Virus record (IMG/VR): IMGVR_UViG_3300020043_006387
Coordinates: 1 to 31,251 of that record
Strand: one strand, 5' to 3'
Length of the DNA stretch: 31,251 bases
From: a virus
Taxonomy: Duplodnaviria > Caudoviricetes
The notes under the pieces are model-generated. The model saw only the letters and a list, made by a program, of their open reading frames with translations. It was not told the origin of the DNA and did no database searches. A program made the position numbers and the translations under genes. The stretch's first letter is position 1; each line of letters opens with the position of its first letter. Below are positions 8,499-15,736 of this stretch, piece after piece.

Positions 8499-8789
8499 AT
8501 GACGATGCAATATGATGTAAAGGCCACGCACCTGAATGCGTCTGGCTCGGTATTCGCTCAACCTGCTCGTATTAAAGGCTTTTCAATTTGCGCTAACGCT
8601 AGTCAAGCGGGGACATTGTTGCTGAAAGACGGTGGCTCTGGTGGCACAACACGTATTGAAATTGACATTCCTTCTAACTCAAACCCCAACTCGTTTTACG
8701 TGTCGGTTCCGGGCGAAGGCGTGCGTTGCTACACAAACATTTACGCATCCCTGACCGGTCTTGCGTCAGTGACGGTGTTTTATGGCTAA
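8499..8789 (+). CDS. Small beta-rich hypothetical virion protein
   Basis: ATG at 8499 is 7 nt after RBS AGGAG; motif VPGEGVRC and C-terminal VTVFYG. Confidence 0.75.
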   Translation: MTMQYDVKATHLNASGSVFAQPARIKGFSICANASQAGTLLLKDGGSGGTTRIEIDIPSNSNPNSFYVSVPGEGVRCYTNIYASLTGLASVTVFYG

Positions 8790-9036
8790 GTCACCAGCAT
8801 GGCAACGCAAAGAGGGGAAGTCCGAGAAGGGCGGCTTGAACGCCAAGGGACGGGCCTCGTACAACAAGGCCAATCCCGGGAAGCCCGGCTTGAAAGCCCC
8901 TCAACCAGAGGGCGGCAAACGCCGCGACTCTTTCTGCGCGCGTATGGAAGGCATGAAGAAAAAGCTGACCGGAGAGAAGGCCAAGAAAGACCCAAACTCC
9001 CGCATCAACAAGAGCCTTCGGGCTTGGAACTGCTGA
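8782..9036 (+). CDS. Small basic hypothetical protein
   Basis: 84 aa, Lys/Arg-rich; GGLNAKGRASYN, RRDSFCARM, SRINKSLRAWNC; overlaps the upstream stop. Confidence 0.8.
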   Translation: MAKSPAWQRKEGKSEKGGLNAKGRASYNKANPGKPGLKAPQPEGGKRRDSFCARMEGMKKKLTGEKAKKDPNSRINKSLRAWNC

Positions 9037-9037
9037 T

Positions 9038-9241
9038 ATGACTGAACATCACGACAATTTAAAAAACGTGTTAGATGTTGTGGCGGTGTTCACGGCCCTC
9101 GGCTCGTTTTTGGAAGTGATTACGCCAGTGTTTGGACTTATTGGTGCGATAGTTGGTGTCATGCGTATTTACGAAATGGCTACTGGTAAAGAATTTCATA
9201 CTCTATTTAAGAGAAAGAAAAACGATGCCGTCGACAAGTAA
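9038..9241 (+). CDS. Small membrane protein (holin-like topology, function unknown)
   Basis: 67 aa with a hydrophobic stretch of about 30 aa followed by a basic C-terminus. Confidence 0.6.
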   Translation: MTEHHDNLKNVLDVVAVFTALGSFLEVITPVFGLIGAIVGVMRIYEMATGKEFHTLFKRKKNDAVDK

Positions 9242-9626
9242 AAAACAGCACAACTTCATGGCAGCAATTGCGCACAATCCTGCGTTTGCCAAGAAGGTTG
9301 GAGTACCGCAAAGCGTTGGAAAGGATTTCAACGAGGCGGACAAGGGTAAGAAGTTTCGTTCCGGCGGCGTAAGCCGTGCGGATATTCAGAAGGTAAACAA
9401 GCCTAAAACCAATCACGGGAAAATGGCTTTTTTTAAAGAAGGTGGATCTACCATGGCTACAAAAAACAACGGTATTACTAAAGCAAAAATGGGCACAGTT
9501 CGTACAGCTGCCCCTAGCAAAGACGGTATTGCCTCCAAAGGCAAAACCAAAGGCACCATGATCTCCATGAAGGGTGGCAAACCTTTAGGTATGTGCGGTG
9601 GCGGCATGTCTAAAGGCAAGAAGTAA
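9225..9626 (+). CDS. Small Lys-rich protein with repeated xxxGG motifs
   Basis: ATG at 9225 (MPSTSKKQHNFMAAIAHNP) is preferred to the 9153 start, which overlaps the upstream gene heavily. Contains FRSGG, FKEGG and MCGGG. Confidence 0.75.
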   Translation: MPSTSKKQHNFMAAIAHNPAFAKKVGVPQSVGKDFNEADKGKKFRSGGVSRADIQKVNKPKTNHGKMAFFKEGGSTMATKNNGITKAKMGTVRTAAPSKDGIASKGKTKGTMISMKGGKPLGMCGGGMSKGKK

Positions 9627-9628
9627 GC

Positions 9629-9883
9629 ATGATGGCTAGCCGTGGCATGGGGGATATTTCCCCCTCTAAAATGCCTAAGGGCAAGACGATCAAACGCAAG
9701 GATGATCCGAACGACGTTGACATGTACGCTGAAGGCGGAAAGGTAGGGCTTTATGCCAATATCAATGCAAAGCGTAAAAGAATTGCTGAAGGCTCAGGCG
9801 AAAAAATGCGCCGAGTTGGTAGCACTGGTGCGCCAACTAAACAAGCGTTCTTGAACTCTGCTAAGACTGCGAAGAAAAAATGA
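9629..9883 (+). CDS. Small Lys-rich hypothetical protein
   Basis: 84 aa; MMASRGMG start, YAEGG, GLYANINAKRKRI. Confidence 0.75.
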   Translation: MMASRGMGDISPSKMPKGKTIKRKDDPNDVDMYAEGGKVGLYANINAKRKRIAEGSGEKMRRVGSTGAPTKQAFLNSAKTAKKK

Positions 9884-10827
9884 CGACTTCAGGACTAACC
9901 TCGTTTAACTTAGATCTCAACGACATGGTCGAGGAGGCTTTTGAGCGGGCGGGTTCTGAACTGCGTACGGGCTATGACTTGCGCACGGCTCGTCGCTCAT
10001 TGAATCTTTTGTTTGCTGACTGGGCAAACCGCGGCGTGAACATGTGGACGTTCGAGCAAAACACCATTACGCTTGTGACTGGCCAGCCTACTTATGCACT
10101 TCCTGACGACACAGTGGACCTGTTAGAGCATGTCATTCGTACAAGCGCCAACGTGCCCACAAATCAGGCCGACCTAACGATTACGCGTATCAGTGTGTCC
10201 ACGTATGCCACCATCCCAAATAAATTGATCCAAGGCCGTCCTATTCAGGTTTGGGTGCAACGTTTGAGCGGCGGTGCAAATGCGCTGACGGGTACAGTCC
10301 AAGCAAACATTACTGCTACTGACACAACAATTCCTGTTACATCCCTTGAAGGTATTCCAACGGCAGGCTTTATTCGTATTGGCACAGAGCTGATTGGCTA
10401 CAACGAAACAAGCCCAGCAGATGGCGCTACGCCTGCATACCTCTACAACTGCACACGCGGTCAGGATGGTACAACAGCCGCAGCCCACAGCACTGGCGCA
10501 GCGATGAGCTTGGTTCAGAAGAACAGCATCACCGTGTGGCCAACACCGAACCCCGGACAGACATACCAGTTTGTGTACTGGCGCATGCGCCGTATTCAAG
10601 ATGCTGGTGGCGGTACTAAGACGATGGACGTACCGTTCCGTTTTGTGCCCTGCTTAGCCGCTGGCTTGGCGTACTACATTGCTTTGAAGGTGCCTGAAGG
10701 TCTGGCCCGTTTGGACGTGCTGAAACAGCAGTATGACGAGGCTTGGGATCGCGCCGCTGGCGAAGACCAAGAGAAGGCGGCTGTGCGCTTTGTGCCCCGT
10801 CAAATGTTCATTGGGGGCGGTACGTAA
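9880..10827 (+). CDS. Putative head-tail adaptor/connector with an inserted beta domain
   Basis: 315 aa. Helical N-terminus (EEAFERAG, ARRSLNLLFADWANRG), VWPTP, and C-terminal helices (VPFRFVPCLAAGLAYYIA) fit podovirus adaptor proteins. Confidence 0.65.
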   Translation: MTTSGLTSFNLDLNDMVEEAFERAGSELRTGYDLRTARRSLNLLFADWANRGVNMWTFEQNTITLVTGQPTYALPDDTVDLLEHVIRTSANVPTNQADLTITRISVSTYATIPNKLIQGRPIQVWVQRLSGGANALTGTVQANITATDTTIPVTSLEGIPTAGFIRIGTELIGYNETSPADGATPAYLYNCTRGQDGTTAAAHSTGAAMSLVQKNSITVWPTPNPGQTYQFVYWRMRRIQDAGGGTKTMDVPFRFVPCLAAGLAYYIALKVPEGLARLDVLKQQYDEAWDRAAGEDQEKAAVRFVPRQMFIGGGT

Positions 10828-11256
10828 ATGGGCAACCGGTTTGCGTCAGGCAAGAATGCGATCTCGGAGTGTGATCGCTGCGGCTTTCAGTTTAAGCTGA
10901 CTGAGCTACGCAAAGAAATTATCAAGACCAAGAACTACAATCTCTTGGTCTGTCGGACATGTTGGGATCCAGATCAGCCGCAGTTGCAGTTGGGTATGTA
11001 CCCCGTGGATGATCCACAAGGTTTGCGCGATCCACGTCCTGACACAACGTACTACCAAGGCGGTACGACTGGTTTGCAGATTGAGTTGACAGGGAGTACG
11101 TCTGTAAATGCTGTTGGATTCCCGTCCGGCGGTAGCAGGGTGTACCAGTGGGGGTGGAACCCTGTTGGTGGGGCAAGCAGTTTTGATGATGCTTTGACGT
11201 TAAATTACTTGGTAGTTAACGTAGAAGTTGGTACAGTAACGGTTGAAACGACATAA
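10828..11256 (+). CDS. Hypothetical protein with N-terminal zinc-ribbon-like Cys pairs
   Basis: CDRC and CRTC pairs, followed by DPQGLRDPRPD. Confidence 0.75.
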   Translation: MGNRFASGKNAISECDRCGFQFKLTELRKEIIKTKNYNLLVCRTCWDPDQPQLQLGMYPVDDPQGLRDPRPDTTYYQGGTTGLQIELTGSTSVNAVGFPSGGSRVYQWGWNPVGGASSFDDALTLNYLVVNVEVGTVTVETT

Positions 11257-11266
11257 GGAGTCGAAC

Positions 11267-11458
11267 ATGGACAAGAAAGATTTAGCGCAAGATAAGAAGA
11301 TGATTAAAGCTGCTGTGGGCAAGCATGAGAAAGCTAAGCACCCCGGCCAGCCTTTGACCAAGCTTCGTGCTGGTGGCAAAACCAACAGCGATATGTTGAA
11401 GATGGGCCGCAACATGGCTAAGATCGCCAACCAAAAGTCCACCGGACGTAAAGGTTAA
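11267..11458 (+). CDS. Small Lys-rich hypothetical protein
   Basis: ATG at 11267 follows RBS TAAGGAG; 63 aa; contains LRAGG. Confidence 0.75.
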   Translation: MDKKDLAQDKKMIKAAVGKHEKAKHPGQPLTKLRAGGKTNSDMLKMGRNMAKIANQKSTGRKG

Positions 11459-11460
11459 TC

Positions 11461-11658
11461 ATGGCTACATACAAGCAACCCACAAAGAAGCCTACCGTTG
11501 TGGTTGGTGAGATGCCCGTTAAACAGGCGTTGAAGGCAAACATGTCTTTGGCCAACGAGCGCAGCAACCCCTACCCCGGCACTAAAACTTCCGGCATCAA
11601 GATTCGCGGCACAGGAGCTGCGACTAAAGGTGTAATGGCACGAGGCCCAATGGCATGA
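11461..11658 (+). CDS. Small basic hypothetical protein
   Basis: 65 aa with RBS AAGG; C-terminal GIKIRGTGAATKG. Confidence 0.75.
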   Translation: MATYKQPTKKPTVVVGEMPVKQALKANMSLANERSNPYPGTKTSGIKIRGTGAATKGVMARGPMA

Positions 11659-12341
11659 ATTACGCCGAGCTCAGCGACGCTATTCAAGCGTACACAGAGA
11701 ACACGGAAGCAGATTTCGTGGCTAATATCCCTGTGTTTGTTACGCAGGCTGAGCAGCGGATTTACAACAGTGTTCAATTTCCGGCACTTCGCAAGAACGT
11801 GACAGGTGTGGCTACGAGTGGTAATAAGTATTTGTCAGCCCCCAGTGATTATTTGGCTAGCTATTCTTTAGCGGTAATCACAGACGTTGTTGGCGGAAAC
11901 TTAAACACAGGAACATACGAGTACTTGTTAAATAAAGATGTTAACTTTATTCGGCAGGCGTATTCTTCTCCAAGTGATTCTGGTGTGCCAAGGTATTACG
12001 CGCTGTTTGGCCCGACAGTAAACGGAAGCACGATTACAAACGAAATATCGTTTATTCTTGGCCCAACGCCTGATGACGACTACGACGTTGAGTTGCACTA
12101 TTACTACTACCCAGAGTCAATTGTCACTGCTTCTACGACGTGGCTTGGCGACAACTTTGATTCCGTGCTGCTGTACGGTTCTTTGGTTGAGGCCTACACC
12201 TACATGAAGGGTGAGGCAGACATGATGCAGCTCTACAACGCCAAGTACATGGAAGCTCTTGCATTGGCTAAACGTTTGGGCGACGGAATGGAGCGTCAAG
12301 ATGCGTATCGTTCTGGGCAATACAGACAGAAAGTAACCTGA
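11655..12341 (+). CDS. Putative head-tail adaptor/tail tubular protein
   Basis: 228 aa, ATGA-coupled; MNYAELSDAI, AEQRIY, GPTPD...VELHYYYYP and LLYGSLVEA, an adaptor-like architecture. Confidence 0.65.
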   Translation: MNYAELSDAIQAYTENTEADFVANIPVFVTQAEQRIYNSVQFPALRKNVTGVATSGNKYLSAPSDYLASYSLAVITDVVGGNLNTGTYEYLLNKDVNFIRQAYSSPSDSGVPRYYALFGPTVNGSTITNEISFILGPTPDDDYDVELHYYYYPESIVTASTTWLGDNFDSVLLYGSLVEAYTYMKGEADMMQLYNAKYMEALALAKRLGDGMERQDAYRSGQYRQKVT

Positions 12342-12342
12342 T

Positions 12343-12777
12343 ATGCTGACGCAAGGCGCTACGAACACTTTTAAAGTAGGACTCGCTACCGGCGCGTTTG
12401 ATTTTGCCGTGCAGTCTTTTAAGATTGCATTATTTACCGGGAATGCAAATCTGGGTCCTGATACTGCGGCATACAGTTCTGGCATGCCGGGAGAAGTTGT
12501 TGCTCCCGGTTACACTGCAGGCGGCCAGTTTTTAACTGTTACGCAAGTTCCAACAATAGGCAACCAGACAGGGTCAACGGCTGCGGCATATTGGTCTTTT
12601 GCAAACGTAACTTGGAATGCCTCACTAACTGCGCGAGGCGCATTAATTTATCTCGCAACAGGTGGACAGACAAGTGTTTGTGTATTAGACTTTGGCTCAG
12701 ATAAAACATCTACCACCACTTTTACCGTGCAGTTCCCTATATCTGCGCCAACAACCGCGATTCTTCGCATTGCATAA
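12343..12777 (+). CDS. Small structural protein, paralog of 12991-13482
   Basis: FKIALFT...GEV..PGYTAGG...VLDFGSDKT...FTVQFP...AILRIA aligns by eye with the 163-aa ORF. Confidence 0.75.
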   Translation: MLTQGATNTFKVGLATGAFDFAVQSFKIALFTGNANLGPDTAAYSSGMPGEVVAPGYTAGGQFLTVTQVPTIGNQTGSTAAAYWSFANVTWNASLTARGALIYLATGGQTSVCVLDFGSDKTSTTTFTVQFPISAPTTAILRIA

Positions 12778-12786
12778 GGAGCTTTG

Positions 12787-12981
12787 ATGGCATTTGTCAC
12801 CACAACCAAAGGCGAAATGGATGACGCTTTACTCGAAAAGAGAGAAGGCTCCATGGACAACGATATTGAGCACACAACTTGGACAGAGTACTGGCATGAA
12901 GGGGAATTGGTTCACCGCTCTGTGCACGTGCGTTTGAAAACTTCACCCCCGCTGTTTGCTGAAGCAGCATCTTTTGTATAA
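12787..12981 (+). CDS. Small hypothetical protein
   Basis: RBS TAAGGAG before ATG 12787; 64 aa; WTEYWHEGELVHRSVHV. Confidence 0.7.
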   Translation: MAFVTTTKGEMDDALLEKREGSMDNDIEHTTWTEYWHEGELVHRSVHVRLKTSPPLFAEAASFV

Positions 12982-12990
12982 GGAAAAATC

Positions 12991-13482
12991 ATGGCTAATA
13001 CACAATCAATGTGCACGTCTTTCATGGGCGAACTTTTGGTTGGTGGTCACCAGCTCGGTTCCACAACTTTGGTGTCACGCACAAGTTTGACATCCCCCAC
13101 AACAGACACACTGAAGGCAGCTTTGTTCCTGTCTTCCGCCACTTTGAACGCTTCTACAACAGCGTACTCATCTACGGGCGAAGTGTCTGGTACGGGCTAC
13201 ACTGCTGGCGGCATTACAGTAACTAATGCTACTGGCCCCTCATCCACCAACACCTCTTCTACAGCGGGCGTTGCTTATTGGACACCTTCAGCATCTTTGA
13301 CATACACAGGCGTTACTTTGACAACTGCGTTCAACACTGTGCTGTTGTATAACTCAACTCAAAGTGACAAGGCAATCAGTGTGCACGTATTTGGCGATCA
13401 AACTGTGACTGCCGGTACTTTCACTTTGACGATGCCTGCAAACTCCACAAGTACTGCGTTGATCCGCTTGGCTACAACCTAA
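12991..13482 (+). CDS. Small Ser/Thr-rich structural protein, paralog of 12343-12777
   Basis: RBS TAAGGA; LKAALF...GEVSGTGYTAGG...VHVFGDQT...FTLTMP...ALIRLA. Confidence 0.8.
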   Translation: MANTQSMCTSFMGELLVGGHQLGSTTLVSRTSLTSPTTDTLKAALFLSSATLNASTTAYSSTGEVSGTGYTAGGITVTNATGPSSTNTSSTAGVAYWTPSASLTYTGVTLTTAFNTVLLYNSTQSDKAISVHVFGDQTVTAGTFTLTMPANSTSTALIRLATT

Positions 13483-13516
13483 AAGGGGCAGCGGGAGTAA
13501 TCCCGCTGTGTAGTCA
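13483..13516 (+). promoter_or_regulatory. Intergenic GNRA hairpin between an SD-like sequence and the start codon
   Basis: AAGGGG (13483-13488), then CAGCGGGA-GTAA-TCCCGCTG (13489-13508), then 8 nt to ATG 13517; no U-tract follows the hairpin. Confidence 0.6.
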
Positions 13517-15724
13517 ATGTTTGGCACCTCTGCATTCGCCGCAGCGCCGTTTGCCTCGCTTGCAAGTGCGGCAGGTGCAAACGTCACTGTAGCCCTTACT
13601 GGCGTATCCGCTTCGGGGTCGGTAGGGACAGTTGCTGTCGGAACGCGTTCGGTTGCGCTTACTGGCGTCGCAGCCAACGGTGCAGTTGGAACAGCGGGCG
13701 TTGTTTCTACACACGCATTAACTGGCGTTTCTGCCACAGGTAATGTTGGAACCGTAGTCGCAAGCAGTTCGGAAGCAGAGACGGGTGTATATGCCATAGG
13801 TGCTGTTGGCACTTTTGGTGTTGCGCATTCACAAGCGCTTACTGGTGTCGTAGCTTCTGGCGCAGTCGGAAGCGTTTCTGTTGGCAGTGTCACGGTTGCC
13901 CTTACCGGCGTAACAGCCGCAGGTTTTGTTGGCACCGCTACCCCCAATCAATCACGAGCAATTACAGGTGTTGCCGCTTCTGGAGCGGTTGGTAGTGTTT
14001 CGTATGGCGGCGTAACCGTTGCGCTTACAGGTGTTGCCGCTTCAGGGTTTGTTGACACTACTACGGCGGACACGATAGTAGCTTTGACCGGCGTCTCTGC
14101 GGCAGGCGCTGTGGGATCTGTTAGCGTTGGTGCTAGGTCACAGGCACTGACAGGTGTTCAGGCAAACGGTTTTGCAGGCAACGTATCGGCGGCAATTTCT
14201 TACGGACTTTCAGGTGTTGCCGCTGCTGGGGCTGTTGGATCTGTTGCCCCCGCGCCATCACTGGCGCTGTCCGGTGTTGCGGCAGATGGTGCAGTTGGAA
14301 GTCTGTCCGTCGGTAATGTTTCTGTTGGCCTTACCGGTGTTTCTGCGGCAGGAGCAGTGGGTACTGTAAATGTTGGAGAGATTTCAGTTGCGCTTTCCAG
14401 CGTTTTGGCCCAAGGCAGTGTTGGCACGGTTGCATTCGGTCCCGGTTTGGGTCTGTCTGGCGTAGTAAGCGATGGGCTGGTTGGAACACCTGCAGCGAAT
14501 GTTTCTGTAGCCATTACGGGCGTCGCTGCCAGCGGTGCTGTTGGTACAGTCGACCCCAGCATTATTCAGACAGCGGATCTTACAGGGGTTGAGGCCACCG
14601 GTGCGGTTGGTAATATTGCAGTCGGCACTATAACTGTCGCTTTGACAGGCGTCGCAGCTTCTGGCGCGGTCGGCGCGACAACAGCGAATACTTCGTTTGA
14701 CATAACTGGCGTAGAGGCTTTTGGCGCAGTCGGTTCAGTAGGCGTCGGTCCACACAATTTTGCTCTTACAAGTGTTTCTGCGGCAGGAGAAGTAGGTACT
14801 GTCGCAGCCAGTTCTTTTGCGTCGTTGACTGGCGTTGAAGCGCAGGGAGCTGTTGGCAGTCTTGGCCGTAACGTGACGGTTGCGCTGACAGGCGTCGAGG
14901 CTTTTGGATTTGCTGGGACAGTAGCCCCCACATACAACCGCGCTTTGACAGGTGTTAGTGCAGATGGCGTCGTGGGAAGTGTGTCTGCAAACAGCGACGT
15001 TGCGCTTACTGGCGTAGCTGCCGCAGGTTTGGTTGGGAATGTCGGTTTTGAAAAGGCGTTTGCCCTTACCGGCGTGGCTGCCTCTGGTGCAGTTGGCACG
15101 CTGTCTCCTTCCGGATCCGAACAGGAAAATGGCGTAGTTGCTGCCGGTTTGGTGGGCACTGTTGGCAGTAATATTACCGTTGCGCTTACTGGTGTTGCGG
15201 CAACCGGTGCTGTCGGCAGCATCACTGTACAAGGTGCGTCTGTCGGACTTACAAGCGTTAGCGCCTCCGGGTTGGTTGGGGCTGTTGTTGCAGCGCCGCC
15301 TATTACGGGCGATGCTGCGCAGGGTTACGTTGGTACAGTTACGCCTAGCAGTGCCCCAGCAATTACTGAAGTGACCGCATTTGGTCGCGTTGGAACTGTC
15401 GGCAATAATATTACGGTTGCTCTGACTGGTGTTGGTGCTACAGGCGAAGTCGGCACAGTTTCCGGCGGTGCGGTGTACACTCAAGCGTTGACTGGTGTTG
15501 GCGCTACAGGCAGTGTAGGTAGTGTGTCTGTGGGGGCCCGCCTGATTGCAATTACCGGCAACCAAGCAATGGGGGCTGTAGGCACAATAAAAGCAATTAA
15601 CTGGGTGTTGATTGATGACAGCCAGTATGCAAACTGGCAAAATATTGACAGCGCACAAACAGCAACGTGGACTGTTGTGGACACCGCAGAGCCATCTGAC
15701 TGGGTCCTAATTGACACCGCTTAA
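13517..15724 (+). CDS. Repetitive virion protein with about 33 copies of a 20-22 aa ALTGVxAxGxVGxV unit
   Basis: 735 aa, A/G/V/S/T-rich; repeats counted by eye; C-terminal Trp repeats with an 11-aa period. Confidence 0.85.
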   Translation: MFGTSAFAAAPFASLASAAGANVTVALTGVSASGSVGTVAVGTRSVALTGVAANGAVGTAGVVSTHALTGVSATGNVGTVVASSSEAETGVYAIGAVGTFGVAHSQALTGVVASGAVGSVSVGSVTVALTGVTAAGFVGTATPNQSRAITGVAASGAVGSVSYGGVTVALTGVAASGFVDTTTADTIVALTGVSAAGAVGSVSVGARSQALTGVQANGFAGNVSAAISYGLSGVAAAGAVGSVAPAPSLALSGVAADGAVGSLSVGNVSVGLTGVSAAGAVGTVNVGEISVALSSVLAQGSVGTVAFGPGLGLSGVVSDGLVGTPAANVSVAITGVAASGAVGTVDPSIIQTADLTGVEATGAVGNIAVGTITVALTGVAASGAVGATTANTSFDITGVEAFGAVGSVGVGPHNFALTSVSAAGEVGTVAASSFASLTGVEAQGAVGSLGRNVTVALTGVEAFGFAGTVAPTYNRALTGVSADGVVGSVSANSDVALTGVAAAGLVGNVGFEKAFALTGVAASGAVGTLSPSGSEQENGVVAAGLVGTVGSNITVALTGVAATGAVGSITVQGASVGLTSVSASGLVGAVVAAPPITGDAAQGYVGTVTPSSAPAITEVTAFGRVGTVGNNITVALTGVGATGEVGTVSGGAVYTQALTGVGATGSVGSVSVGARLIAITGNQAMGAVGTIKAINWVLIDDSQYANWQNIDSAQTATWTVVDTAEPSDWVLIDTA

Positions 15725-15736
15725 CAAGGATAAATT

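Noticed and set aside
9426-9440. T7 run (GCT TTT TTT AAA) as a programmed frameshift site
   Set aside because: It simply encodes AFFK within an intact ORF, and I saw no clear stimulatory structure or useful alternative frame.
13489-13508. Hairpin as an intrinsic terminator
   Set aside because: There is no downstream U-tract on the + strand and it lies 8 nt from the next start codon.
13560-15600. Periodic GCGCTTACTGGCGT-like repeats as a CRISPR array
   Set aside because: The repeats are degenerate at third codon positions and encode the ALTGV protein repeat; no cas genes are present.
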